A DNA stretch of 64,000 nt from Camelus ferus (taxonomy: Eukaryota), in NCBI RefSeq assembly GCF_009834535.1, contig NC_045696.1, forward strand, positions 64,730,001-64,794,000, given 5' to 3'. The position numbers and the translations under genes are program-made. The notes beneath the pieces were generated by a model. It worked only from the letters and a program-made list of their open reading frames with translations. It ran no database searches and was not told where the DNA came from. Shown piece after piece: positions 38,900 through 52,200 of the stretch; position 1 is the first letter of the stretch, and each line of letters starts with the position of its first letter.

Positions 38900-39308
38900 A
38901 ACCACAAAATAAAAATTAATTCAAAAATATACATACAGCTTGCTATTAACAGCAACATTATTTATCATTGCCAAGATATGGAAGCATCCTAAGTGCACAT
39001 CAATAGTTGAAAAGATAAAGAAGATGCAGCATACATATATGTAATGGAATACAACTCACCCATAAGAAAGAAGGATACTTTGCTATTTACAGCCCTTCAT
39101 TCACTTTTTTTTTCATTTCAAAAACCAGAATTTTATAACCAGCATAAACATTTCCATTACATCAAAAACAACAAAATACTTAGAAATAAATTTAACCAAG
39201 GAGGTTACCTACACTCTGAAGACCAGAATGATACAAAGAAATGGAAAAGTTTCTTGTGCTCTTGGATTGGAAGAAGCAACATTATCAAAATGGCCACGCT
39301 GCCCAGTG
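38900..39308 (+). mobile_element. Two L1 ORF2 fragments in non-colinear order
   Basis: 38940-39092 matches the ORF2 3' end (GCCAAGATATGGAAGCA...AATGGAATACAACTCA); 39150-39308 matches mid-ORF2 (KKWKSFLCSWIGRSNIIKMATLP). Confidence 0.75.
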
Positions 39309-41017
39309 CATTCTTATCTATATTTAGATGAAGCAACTGAGACTCAAAGAAGTTATGTACGTTGTCTAAGCTCCCACAACGAAGTGACAGAACCAGGACC
39401 TGCACCCAAGTCAGCCAAGCTCAGAAGTCAGGGTTGTCTCCACTTTATTTCTGTTTATCATTTAGTAGGCAATGGCTACAGGTAGCTAATTTTAGCCAAC
39501 CCTAAGTTAGAGAAATTTTAAGTTTTTCCCTAGTTTCTTTGGGTAGAATCTGTTCAGAACACAGAGATCCTTATGCCGTGAGTCATTCTGGTTGGACCAC
39601 TTTTCTTGTCAAAATCCCTGAGACGTAATTTGTCTCAGGGATGTAGCCATGTGGCTCAGCTTCCTTTGCCCAAAGCCTAAATATCTTCTAATGGTGACCG
39701 GAAGCTCACTAGGAGCAGAAATAAGTAACTTCAACTGTGGGTGGATCGGAGGAAAAGAAGGATTTTCTTATATCTAGCTGAAAACTGTCTCTTTAAAATA
39801 CCAGCATCTTGCCCTGAGTTTGTTGGGGCAACTGCCACACCAAGCAATTAAAATATGTTGTCCATAAGAGAGCTCTCTGGATATTTTATGGACAAGTTTA
39901 TTTTCTCCCAGAATTACTTTCTCTAGTTGCTGCAATTCCAGTCTCTTTACGTGTGTTACCTGGTCACTCTCCTCTAGACAGGGGCCAGGTGGGACTTAGG
40001 ATAGCAATGAGACAGAATCCACAGCTTGGCTGGAAGGTAAATATTTCACGAAAGGTGTGCATGTGATTGTGAAGGGTTTCTCGCAATGGTCACGTAGGAA
40101 GGATTTTTCTGAGATTATTGGAACACTATTCCAAACATTGCAGTTGAAGACTGTGTCCTTTATGACTCTCACTGCCCTTTTTGTTGGATGCACGTGATAA
40201 ATGCCTCCTGAAATTCGGTGCCAGGGAAAATGTATTTGCTGTGATGAATTGGTATACTTGTCTCTATAATTAGAGCTTATACATAAGCAGTTGTGGGGAC
40301 TAGAGTGCAGTGTTAGGTTGTTACCTGCGTGAGGGCGCATCTTGTAGTATTTGATCCTCAGATACTGATGCTACACCGCACACTGCCTCTTACCACAGGT
40401 GTTCCCGACATTTGTGGGGTCCTCTCCATTGCGCAGGGACGGAGGGTGTTATTTCCTTCAGACGTGCTTCAGTTGATCTAGTGTGAGTCTTTGTACCTGC
40501 TCACTGAGGATTCACGTTCCCTGCAAGCTACCTCATCTGACTTTCCCTCCAGCCCCCAGGAGCAGGAAAAGTCAAAGACCTGACAAGGTAGTTGTGATGA
40601 TGGCCCCAGAAATAGATGCCTAGCTCTTACCTAGGTATACTGACTCATAGACTGAAACAGCCTGCAGAGGTCGGCTAGTTTCATATCCCCAAATGTCCTC
40701 CCCACCCCCAGTTTTGTGCCCAAGATCACACAACTAGTAAGTGTTTGCCAACAGGGATGTGAGTCCAAGAAGTCTGGCTCCAGAATCAGTTCCCTTAACT
40801 ATACTGTATTGATTCTTTTATAATACTTTAATATAATAAAAGAAATGTGAGATCCACACTTTGCTTCCATGAAAAACAAGAAAGAAAGAAAAAGATAACA
40901 ATAAACTGTGAATTCAACCTTATCAGGAGAAGATTCCCATGTGTTTTGATATGTGTTCAGTGGCTCTTTTGGAGATATTTAATACTGAGATGGTTTAAAT
41001 TTAAAGTAAAATTCTCA

Positions 41018-41164
41018 AGGGAGGAGGGTATAGCTAAGTGGTAGAGCACATTTTAGCATGTATGAGGTCCTGGGTTCAATCCCCAGTACCTTCTCAAAAA
41101 ATAAATAAGACTAATTCTCCTCCAAAATAAAATGATAAACAATACAATAATAAATAAATAAAAG
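41018..41164 (+). mobile_element. tRNA-Ala-derived SINE (Vic-1-like) with up to 19-bp TSD
   Basis: GGAGGGTATAGCTAAGTGGTAGAGCAC...GAGGTCCTGGGTTCAATCCCCAGTACC; repeat ATTTAAAGTAA(A/G)ATTCTCA at 40999-41017 and 41165-41183. Confidence 0.94.
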
Positions 41165-41605
41165 ATTTAAAGTAAGATTCTCAGAAAAAAAAAGGTAATT
41201 TGCATGAGTAAATTTTCCAGATATCAAAGCTTGCTCCTTTTAGTATAAATTCTCTTCTGAAAAAATTAAAAAGGCAAAAAACTCATTTCTTATTGTTTTT
41301 TAAGATGTATTTTTCAAGTCTCATTTCGTAGGAGATTCTGAATATATCTTTCAACCTTGATTTCTCAGCATCATCATTACTAATAATAATTGTATTGTAC
41401 TGTAAAAATACACAGTTCCTCTCAGAGACTTGTTAAAGTATCTGACACTATCTATCCTTACACCAAATGGCCTTTATTGTAGTGACTTTTGGGGGATCTG
41501 ATATTTATTAGTTTGTTTTTTCATTTACTTTTTCTCCTTAAAATTCTTATTTCTCACTTTTAAAAAATCTCTTTCAATTTTCTTTTTTTTTTTTCCCTGC
41601 TAGAC

Positions 41606-41824
41606 CAGAAGTCAGCAAACTTTTCTGTCAACAGCCAGAGAGTAAATATTTTATTTGTGGACCATACAGTCTCTGTCATGGTCAGTCAACTCTGCAGATG
41701 TAGCATGCAACAGCCACAGACAACACACAATGAATAGATATGGCTGTGATGCAATAAAACTTTATTTAAAAAAAATAAGCAATGAGCCAGATTTGGTTTC
41801 TGGGCTGTAGTTTATAAACCCCTA
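41606..41824 (+). mobile_element. MER58A-like hAT-Charlie non-autonomous DNA transposon
   Basis: CAGAAGTCAGCAAACTTTTCTGT...GGCTGTGATGCAATAAAACTTTATTT...GCCAGATTTGG...TAGTTTATAAACCCCT; 8-bp flanks TGCTAGAC/AACTAGAC. Confidence 0.85.
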
Positions 41825-42671
41825 AACTAGACTATTGAGTGTGGTGAAATAACTATGTAGAGTTACGGAAAAAAGTAAACAGAATTTTTGTAAAAGTAAA
41901 CGGAATTTTGTAAAGTAAATAAATGTTGCAGCAGTGTACTCCTACAAATAAAATATACAACATTTTGTGTTACAGTTTAATGACAGTGTTTTTGCATACT
42001 TAGATGTCTTTCCTTCCCCTTCTGTCTCTTTTGCATCTTGTTTTCAGGTTTGTGTCTATGTTGCAGATATTGGAGGTTATGGGATAAATGAACTCCAGAT
42101 GCAGTTGCTTTATGTAAATGTGTGCGTGTGTCTGTTTATGTATCTCAGATATAGAGCTAAAGTCACTGTACCAATTAAGACCTAGATAAGATTGGTTTGA
42201 TCCCCATTCTATGAATTACGGAGAGTTCAGTATCTCCCATCCACACCACTGAGTTTATGCAAAATTTCAAGGTGGGGTTAAATTTTTATAGCCACCCTGG
42301 CTCCGAAATGAATTCTGCCAAATTAATTCAGTGTAGAGATTGTTTGGCCATCCCTGTTCTAAAAAATTTCTTGGCTATTTCTACCCCTGAGACTCCAGCC
42401 ACCTACCATGTTTCCCAGCTTTCGACAGTCCCTTCCTGATGACCCAGGAACTCTAAGTTCCTCTTACTTTGTTATGCAGATTAACTCCACTTTCTTCACC
42501 CTCACTCCCAAACTCCTCTCTGCCCCCTCAGTACATTTCTAATTCACCAAGGTGCTCTGACCAATACAAAGGACATTTTCTCCTTTAGTTGAACCATCCC
42601 CCTAAGTACGGAATTAAAATTTTATATAGAATGTTTTCCTTTATGGATGTTTAAATGAATGATTGATAGAT

Positions 42672-42687
42672 GGGTGGGTGGGTGGGT
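42672..42687 (+). repeat. (GGGT)4 G-quadruplex-forming motif
   Basis: GGGTGGGTGGGTGGGT seen directly. Confidence 0.85.
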
Positions 42688-42745
42688 GAATGGCTAGACA
42701 GGTGTTATTCAGTACTATAAAATTTGGACCAATAGTCCATGTGAG

Positions 42746-43312
42746 TGAAACAGAGCAGGACCCTGTGGGGCTCCCCCAGCTACAAATCCTTTCCATGTAC
42801 TCTTTCTTGTTTGTAGGAAATAGGCTTCATTCAGCCTACCTGAACTTCCTTTAGTTCCAAAGTGCAGATTCAAACAGTTGCTAATCAGGGAAGTGAGGGA
42901 ATGCAGAAATAAAGGAGGAGCAGTCAAGAAACAATAGTGCATTCTTGGGGCAGGGTCCTGCCTCCTCCTCAAGGGATGTATTTAACGATATCTTTGAGGT
43001 CTTCTGCAGTAACTAAGGCCCTCACCCAGGTGGAGGATGGTAAGTTCAGGCTGAGCACAAGATTCCTGGAGCATCGCACTGTCACCTCACCACCAGCCAA
43101 TTAGAAGAAAGTCACACTCTGCAGCCCTCACCCCAAATTTTGCCTATAAAAACTTCTCCCTGAAAACCATTGGAGGGTTCAGGTTTTTTGAGCAAGAGCT
43201 CCTCATTCTCCTTGCTTGGTCCTACCGTAAACCTTCCTCTGCTTCGAACTCCGACGTTTCGGTTTTTTTGGCCTCACAGTGCATGGGGCACGTGAACTTG
43301 CATTCAGTAACA
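42746..43312 (+). mobile_element. ERV1-class solo LTR (567 bp)
   Basis: TG...CA termini; 4-bp TSD TGAG at 42742-42745 and 43313-43316; CCAAT near 43097, TATA-like CCTATAAAA near 43143, degenerate polyA signal CGTAAA near 43226. Confidence 0.88.
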
Positions 43313-44489
43313 TGAGGAATAATACCAAATGTGGAAAACCCATATTTGGTTTATTAATCTTGTGATCTAGGAATTATTTAGGGTTACTCTTCAACCCTTG
43401 TAGCCAAAATACATCCAATATGCTCCTTCTCTTCTTATTAACATTATAGGAAACTTCTTATTCATTTCTTGTTTGTTTGCTTTTTAAATATCCTAATAAT
43501 TATTTCGTTACACAAGGAGTCAAAATATCATGTCATATGGCCATCAGCTAAATTATAGAAATAGAATAGAAGATCATAAACAGCATAAGGTAAAAGTTAG
43601 GCTAAGACTCAAAGGAACCACATTGTGTCCCCTCAAACTTAAAATAATAGGCTGCTGTTTCTATTTGGAGATGTGTTCTCTAATCTCCAATATTAGAAAA
43701 GTAGTTCTATTTAATTTTATTTAATACAAGAATGATTTACTCTTACTCATAATCATTATTATTTAGTCATACATTAATATATTCAGCAAATCTGAAATTT
43801 TCTGCAAAGAATATAAAATAAAAGGATACATTTCTGATTCACTAAAGAGGTTAAAACCTGCTCTGGAAATAATCCAAATACAGTTAAATAATTATAAAAG
43901 AATAAAGAGTACGATATATGAGAAAGTTAATTTTTTAACTTGAACTTTCTGAGCACTGTGCTAACCTAAAATTGGTTTCTTTGAAGTCTACTCAGAGTGT
44001 TGACCTGGGGTGAAAAGTAGTACCTAAACTGCTTCTGATTTTTCTTAGCCTTGCTAGAAAGTGTTCGACTAGTTAAAATAAACAAGCAAAGAAAGAACAA
44101 TCACTTTGCAAAAGTCTACATTTATAAAGAAAAATGGAGCTATGACAGTATTTTGGCTTGCTTTGTCAATATTTTTGTTTTGGGTAGGCTTGCTTCGTTC
44201 AATTTATTTATCCTTTTGAGGAAAATACACTGCAGGAATCACAGTATGCAAAGGCAAAGCAGACACAGGACTGTTCCTTAAGGAACTTCTAGCCTAGAGG
44301 AAGAAATAAACATGCAAACAAAGGAAGGATGGTGCTTCTGACTTCAGACTCCATGGAAGAGTTGACATTTGGACTGGCCCTTTATGGAATTGAATAAACT
44401 GAAAGAAATGCAGAGGACCTCTTTGGCTAAGGAAAGAAAATTAATAAAGGCTCAAAAGTTCAAAGGTCTATGAACAAGTAAAGCATATA

Positions 44490-44829
44490 GAGGCTCACAA
44501 TCCATTACCTATAGTTTCTAAATCTAAGGAGCTCGGAAGATCATTATTTTTTTCTTCAGTTTGCAGCAAACGTATTTGGTGGCACAACCTGACCTGAATT
44601 GACATGAGGCTATTTATAGTCTTTATTACACTTCTGAGAATATTTGTAGATTTTGCTGCAGTAATATAATCAATGTTTTTGATTCTAAGTGCTGCTCCAA
44701 CAAACAGAGATTTTGCTAATATTTATACATTAATTGTATTACTTTTTTAAAATACCACATTTTGCCCCCAAATCTGAATTATGATACACACCTAGCCGCA
44801 GATATTTTAGATGTGGGATTGTGGACCTG
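44490..44829. mobile_element. Old Tigger-like (TcMar) DNA transposon interrupting an L2 fragment
   Basis: Imperfect terminal inverted repeats GAGGCTCACAATCC and GGATTGTGGACCTG, left end preceded by TA; L2-like text on both sides (about 44225-44485 and 44830-44990). Confidence 0.6.
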
Positions 44830-46679
44830 AAGTAATTATGAGTGATGGGATATTATAGAAACTATGGTCAGAAAGCTAGATGAAGATTGTGCTGGTTCTT
44901 GACTGCCAAGCTAAAGAAGTTGGAAATTCTGCTTAGGGCTGTAAAGAAATCATTAAAAGCTTTTGAAGCAGGGAGTGAAATATTCAACAGTGTTTTATCA
45001 AAAGGACTTTGTATTCCTGAGCACATACCGTTTTAAATTTCTTTCCCCAAACAACTGCAAAAGTGGGGATATTTTCCTTTGAGTAAGATAATGATGTCAG
45101 ATGAAATGCCTGTTGAAGAGAGATATTTCTATCATTTGTTTCCTTATAAAGATGTGTGGGAGAAAGAGGGTTAGAGAAAGCAATTTCAGATTGTGCTTGT
45201 AGCTTGCTAAGTGTCATGCCACGTAAATATGACCAGGCTTTGATGTCCCCAAACAAATTTGCTTTGAAAATGCAAAAACTGCTTCCTGAAAGAAAAAAGA
45301 AATAAATAAGCAAACCCCACAAGAAACAGTAAATTCTTTATTTTTGCTCTTATTCTCTTCAAAATAATTTGATTCTAATTAGTTTAAGAAAATTAATTGA
45401 AAAATTAAAGGTAAATGTGTGTGTGTGTGAGTGTGTCATTCACAGTAAGTCCTTGAGGCCTGCTGTTTCACATGTGTAAGCCTTTGCTCATGCTGTTCCC
45501 CCTGCCTGAATATCCTATCTTCTTTCTTCTAGTGAACACATATCCATCCTTCAGAAATTGAGTGCAGTGTCACCTTCACCAAGAACCTTTCCCTATCATG
45601 GTTAGCTGTCCCTCTTTGGGGCTCTCTGGTGCATATTTCTTAGCATGGAACTAATTCACAGATATCTCTGATTTGTATTATTTACTGCCCTTATGTCTGA
45701 TAGCATTATAAGAGAACCAAAGTACTATTGAAAATTCAGCCAAATAATCATACAACTGTAACTGTGATGGTTGCAAAAAAGGAGAGATGCACATAGTGCT
45801 ATAGTGTCTAAAGTGATGGGTGGAGGTTAATCGAGTTAGAGGAATCAGGAAAAGCTAAGGCACTTATCACATCATGCCTTTTATCATAATTAGTTGGGCA
45901 TATGTTTTATATACATTTCCTCACCTCAAACACACACATTCCCAATAAATAAATCCAAAATTTATTCCCTTTCATGGTAATTCTGAGGCTTATTCATCAT
46001 GAAATACCACTACTGCCACTGGAAATACAGCAAAAGTTTGGGGATTAGAGAACATACTCTGGAAGTTACCCATCTCAGTTTTTTTCTTAGAATAACTGAA
46101 TAGTTAGCTGGTCTCTCATTTTCCCCAAGCTTGTAATCATTGATCCTGGAACCCCAGGAATAAAATTACATGCTATTTTCATTTTTAAAAATGCCATTTG
46201 AGGGGCTGGAAGCACAGGTAGGCGTTATGTAATGAAGCTGTGAATCGGTACACTTTTCAAAACGAGAGTTTGGGAGCTGCCGTAGGGATATTACTAAAGC
46301 CACTTCCTAGAAGTGGTATTTCAATCTCTAGAAGTCTGTGCAGGGAATCAGGAAATTCCAACCAACTCATAGCTTATGCTTTTCCAGAAAATTTCTACAT
46401 TTGACTTCAAAAGAACTGTGAATAATAATAGCATGTTTACAGACATTTTGTGTCTCTCACCAGAGTCTAAGGATGAATCACCGAGACCATGAAAGAACTA
46501 TTTTTTGATGCTGTTAACCTCAGGAATACTTGACATTTTTATAAGTTTTTAAAATATTGCTTACAAAAAATAAAAAGATCTTTTAAAACAAGTCATATTT
46601 ATTTCTGATTTTAACAGTATTCAACTTTAATTGTAGGAAATTTAAAAATACGAAAATGCAGGAGTAGCAATCGCTGGTA

Positions 46680-46912
46680 ATGTTTTCTGTTGAGTGTCTT
46701 GGTGTTCTGCAGGCCCCGGCCCCCTGCTTTACATACATTATCTCAGTTAAACCTCGCCCTGTGATGCAGTGCTGCCCCCATTTTATGTAAATAGAAACTG
46801 ATGGTAGAGACAAGTGACTTACACAAGCTCCTCAGACGGGAAGTGGTAAAGCAGGAGTAAACCTGGGAAGTTCAATTCCAGAATTCATGCTCTGAACAGC
46901 TGTACGCTACTC
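46680..46912 (-). mobile_element. MIR SINE
   Basis: GCTTTACATACATTATCTCAGTTAAACCTC...CCCCATTTT...GAAACTGA...AAGTGACTT. Confidence 0.8.
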
Positions 46913-47185
46913 CTTCCACTTAGGTGCCACTAACCACCACAATAACCACTGGGAAACAGCCACTGTTATATTTTTGTGTGTATGCTTTTAAGACGTTTCC
47001 CTCAAGTGTATATATTTTTAAAACATAATTGAAATCCTAGTGCAGGCTGTTTTTTCACCATCAATGTTGGTCTTTTTGATAGTTGAACCGATTAACTAAT
47101 CCTTGATCTTGGTGCTTGCTAATCATTCCAGAATGTAGCCCTAATGCTGACTGTCTAGATAATACCTTGGATTAACAATAATTAA

Positions 47186-47330
47186 TAAAAGGATTTGAAA
47201 ATGAATGTATGTATGTATGTATAGGGATGACTGGGACATTCTGCTGTACACCAGAGACTGACACATTATAACTGACTATACTTCAATTAAAAAAAAAAAA
47301 AACCTCCAAGTAAAAAACAAACAAAAAAAC
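47186..47330 (+). mobile_element. Short young L1 3'-tail fragment
   Basis: ATGACTGGGACATTCTGCTGTACACCAGAGACTGACACATTATAACTGACTATACTTCAATT plus poly-A is the reverse complement of the L1 end at about 10440-10500. Confidence 0.85.
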
Positions 47331-47729
47331 ACTCTCGGAATAAGCGGGCATCATGCTAACACCTCCTCCGAAGCAGAAGCTACTTATATACCTCAGCTGG
47401 AGGTGTGAGTGATGGCATCAGGCATGTGGTAGAAAATGGAAGAGGGGCTGATTTTCCAAATTTTATCTTCATTTTCTTTTCTTTCCAAATATAAGGATCT
47501 AAAACATTGCTAATAACCTTAAAGTTTTAGAATCCATCTTTAAGAAACAAATTTGCATTTGCATTTACATATTATAAATTTTAAATACAAGGATGGCCAG
47601 AAAGTGATTTATACCGTGTCCTGGTTTAAAATGAGTTAATAATTAAAGACTCTCTTAAAAATGTACTAGTTCTTGTTAATCAATTGAAGATCCTGGGGAA
47701 AAAGAGACAAGAAACTCTTACTTGTGGGG

Positions 47730-47960
47730 AGTCTGTAAGTGCTAAACTCTGCATTAAGTATTTCCTTTTCTATTTTTTTCCCCCATACTTTGTTGCCGCA
47801 ACTCTGTAAAGCGGGTCATTAGGCTTACTTTACAAATGAGAAAAATGAAGCTCAGAGAAGTTAAAAAATTTGTCCTTGAACACACACAAATTGGTAACAC
47901 TGGGATTTGAATTCAGGAACATACAGCTCTGAAGGCCAAAGCGCTTCCTATGATGCCACC
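47730..47960 (-). mobile_element. MIR SINE
   Basis: TTTACAAATGAGAAAAATGAAGCTCAGAGAAGTTAA...CTGGGATTTGAATTCAGG. Confidence 0.8.
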
Positions 47961-48124
47961 TTAGAGTTTGGCAACTATAATCTGTAGGACCTAGAGTGGA
48001 CGTCCATCCAAATGGGAAAGGAGACTAAAGTGGAAAGAGAAAAAGGAAAAGAAGATCACCACTTAATTAATTTTTTAGCTATACACCATCTTGCTGAGGC
48101 CCAATTATTTTTCTTACAGAATTT

Positions 48125-48290
48125 CAAAAAATTGAGATATAATTCAGATATTATAAATTCACCCTTTTAAAGTGTACAGTTGAGTGGGTTTTGTATATTC
48201 ACAAGGCTGTGCAACCGTCATCACTATCTGATTCCAGAATATTTGTCTCAGCCCCCAAAGAGATATTATATCCATTAACAATCACTTCTT
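48125..48290 (-). mobile_element. L1MB-type 3' terminal fragment
   Basis: ATTGAGATATAATTCAGATATTATAAATTCACCCTTTTAAAGTGTACAGTT...TTCCAGAATATTT. Confidence 0.8.
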
Positions 48291-49269
48291 ATAGTTTTGA
48301 TGCAGCAAAAATCCTCAAAAGCTTTCTTCTAAAACTCCAATTTTCTAAGATTCTTCCCTTAAAGAAAAAAATTTATTTAATTATTTATATACATGTAGGA
48401 GAGAAGTTATAAAAATAATCTCACATAACAGATGATTGATGTTACTATTGTTGACTATGTTTTTAAGTATGAAAAGGATTATTAACAGAAGAGTTTCCCC
48501 AAAGTTATCCATGTCAGAAGAACACCCACCACTACCTGTATTATCATTACCACCATTTATTGATCACTCACTATCTGGCAGGCTCTATATTGAAACACTG
48601 ATTTCATTACATTCTGACAACAGTCCTGGTAAGTAGTTATTAATACCCACTGCATTGTGCAAATGAGAAAAATTGAAGTTTGGAGAAGCAATGTCAGCTA
48701 TTAAATGTCAGGGTTGAGAAGTAAACCCAGGTCCAGTGATTTGAAAGCGCAAGTCTTACCCACTGAGCTTTCCACCAAGCATCCTAATGCCTCTCCAGAC
48801 TATACCTGATGTCAGTTTCCTGTGTACCCTTTCAGAGTCTATGAATTTATAAACATAAATGTATGCATGTTCTTTCCTTCTCAGTCACACAAATTGTAGT
48901 GTACTCTAATATTCTTTTATATGATTGTTAACTATAGTAATAAATCCAAGACTTCTACTCATTTCAGTACAGAGTTACTACATTTTTTTAAATTGCAAAA
49001 TACTCTTTTGTAGAGATGTGCCAAAATTGAACTAGTTCCTTATTGCTAGATCAGTCTCATTAGCATTAAATAGCATTATCAACAATACTGTATTGATACT
49101 TTGTGCAATCTTCACTAATCGTTCCCTGTGCAACTATATTTGGAAATTCATATCTAGCAAAGGTACATGGGAGAAGTTTTTTACATTTTGAAGGTAGAGA
49201 CAACTTGCCATCCATCAAGGCATTCAATGTGTACCTTTACCAAGAACATGAGAGTTCCTACTTCCTTTT

Positions 49270-52200
49270 CATTCTCTATGTGTATAACTCTGTTTCTGTT
49301 TTATAATATTCATTCATTTGCTCCAGTGTTTTAGATTCAACATAAAATTGATAACTTACAGTTTTTGTCTTTACTTAGGTCCCATTTGTTTATTTTTGCT
49401 TTTGCTTCATTGAAGACAGATAAAAAAAAATACTGCTATGGTGTTTGTCAAAGAGTGTTCTGCCTATATTTTCTTCCAGGAGTTTTATGGTTTCTGTTCT
49501 TATATTTAGGTCTTTAATCCATTTTGAGTTCATTTTTGTATATAGTGCAAGAAAAGGTTCTAATTTCATTCTTTTACATGTAGGTGTCCAGTTTCCACAG
49601 CACCGCTTATGGAAGAGACTGTCATTTCCCCCATTGTAAAAGCTTGCCTCCTTTATCATAGATTAATTGATTTCCTCTTTGATTTCTTCCTTAACCCAAA
49701 CCCATTGGTTTTTTAGTAGCATGTTGTTTATTTTCCATGTGTTTGTATTTTTTGACAATTTTCTTCATGTAATTGGTTTCTAGTTTTATACCATTATGGT
49801 CAGAAAAAAATCTTGATATAATTTCTGTCCTCTTACATTTGTTGAGACTTGTTTTGTGGAAAATATGTCATGTCATTTATCCTGGAAAACATTCCATGTG
49901 CACTTGAAAAGAATATGTATTTTCCTGCTTTTGGATGGAATGTCCCATATTTATCTATTACGTCCAACTGGTTTAATGTCATTTAAGACCACTGTTTCTT
50001 AATGATTTTCTGTCTGGATAACCCATCCATTGATGTAAGTGGGGTGTTAATGTTTCCTACTATTATTGTTTTATTGTGAATTTCTCCCTTTATGTCTGTT
50101 AATATTTACTTTATTTGTATATATATATAATACACTCCTATATTAGATGCATGTCAATGAATGTTATAGCCTCTTCTTGTATTGATCCCTTTATTATTAC
50201 ATAATGTCCTTCTTTACCTTCTTTTATAGACTTTGTTTTAAAGTCTGCTTTGTCTGACATGAGTATTGTTACCTTAGCTTTCTTGTCATTTCTATTTGCA
50301 TGAAATATTTTTCCATCCTCTCACTTTCAATCTGTGTGTGTGTCTTTAGCTCTGGAGTCTTATAAGCAGCACATAGACTGATGAGTTTTGTGTTTTTTGT
50401 GCAATAATCCACCCTATGTCTTTTGATTGGAGTATTTAGTTTAAAGTGATTATCGAGGGGTACATGTTAATTGCCATTTTGTTACTTGTTTTCTGGTTGT
50501 TTTTGTAGTTCTTCTCGGTTCTTTTCTTCTTTTAGTTTATTCCGTGTGGTTCTTCAGTGGTATGCTTGTGTTTCTTTCTTTCTAGTTTTTGTGTATGTGT
50601 TGTAGGTTTTTGATTTGAGGTACCATGGGGTTCATATATGTTGACCTATAACTATATCTACTTGTTTTAAACTGTCACTTAAGTTCAAACACATTCTAAA
50701 AGATCTATATTTTCACTCCCTTCTCATGTTTTGTTTCTGATGTCATAATTTATATCTTCATTTTTATCCCTTACCTGTTTATTGTAGTTATAATTGATTT
50801 TATAATTTTTCCTTTTAATCTTCATACTAGCTTATTTAAGTGGTTGACTTATCAGCCTTTACTTTATATTTGCCTTTAATAGTAGGCTTCCTTTCCTGTA
50901 CATTCTTACTTCTTGGTGTAGCCTTTTCTTTTCCACTTAGAGAAGACCATTTAACATTTTTGGGGGGGGAAACTTAATACTGATTGATTCTTTTTAGTTT
51001 TTGCTTGTCTGAGTTCTTTATCCCTCCTTCAATTCTGAATGATAACCTTGTTACCTTGTTGGGTAGAGTATCCTAGATGATAGGTTTTCCCATTTCAGCA
51101 CTTAAAATATGTCATGCCACTCCTTTCTGTCTTGAAAAGTTTCTATCAGCTACAAAATTTCTCTGATAGCCTCATGGGGATTCCCTTGTATGTGATTCTT
51201 CATTTCCTTTTGCTGCCTTTAGAATTCTCTCTTTAACTTTTGCCATTTTAATTATGATATCTCCTGTGGTGGGTCTGTTTGGGTTCATCACAGTTTCAGA
51301 CTCTATGTGCTTCCTGTACCTGGATATCTGTTTCTTTCTTCAGGTTTGAGAAGTTTTCAGTCACAAAATCATCAAATGCATTTTTGACCTTTTCTCTCTC
51401 TCTTCTCCTTCCTGGGACCCAAATGTTAGTTTGCTTGATACTATCCCAGAGGTCTCTTACACTGTCCTCATCTTTTTTGTTTGTTTTTCTTTTTGCTGTT
51501 CTGATTGGATGATTTCCATTATTCTACCTTCCAGATACTTATACATTCTTCTGTATCACCTTATCTGCTATTAATTCCTTCTAGTATGCTTTGCCATTTT
51601 GGCTATTGTATTCTTCAGCTCTGACTGTTTCTTTTTTATATTTTCTAATTTCTTGTTAAAATTCTCACTGTGTTCATCTATTCTTTTCCCAAGTTTAGTG
51701 AGCATTCTTACTATTAATGCCTTGAACTCGTTATCTGGAAATTACTCATCTCTGTTTTATTAGCTGTTTTTTCAGGAACTTTTCCTTGTTCTTCTGTTTG
51801 AAACAAACTCCTCTGTCTTATTTTGTTTAACTTACTCTGTCTCTATGAAATTAGGTGAAATAGTCACCTATCCCTGTCTTGAAGGGATGTTCTTGTGTGG
51901 GAGCATCCCTATGCAGTCTGTGTGTGCCCCATGCCTTTTGTGGGAGAACTGGCTCTGAAGTGAGCATGGATTATGCCTTCCCTGGGGTATGCTGCACCTA
52001 TTACTTAGTGGGAGGTGGGGCTGGAAATGGAGGGACTAAAGCCAGAGCCACTTGTGAGCAGGAGCTGTCCCAGTCCTATCAGGGATGGATGTGGGTCCCA
52101 AGGTGCTGAAGCAGAAGCGCTGAGGGTTGGGTTTGAGCTAACTCCATTCCCTCTAAGTGTGCACTCTCTCCCTTTCTGGCATTGGCACCTTCAGCTCAGA

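Noticed and set aside
36280..40650. Four AP-1 heptamers (TGASTCA) within about 4.4 kb
   Set aside because: About 9 seen in the whole window against roughly 8 expected by chance, so there is no clear enrichment.
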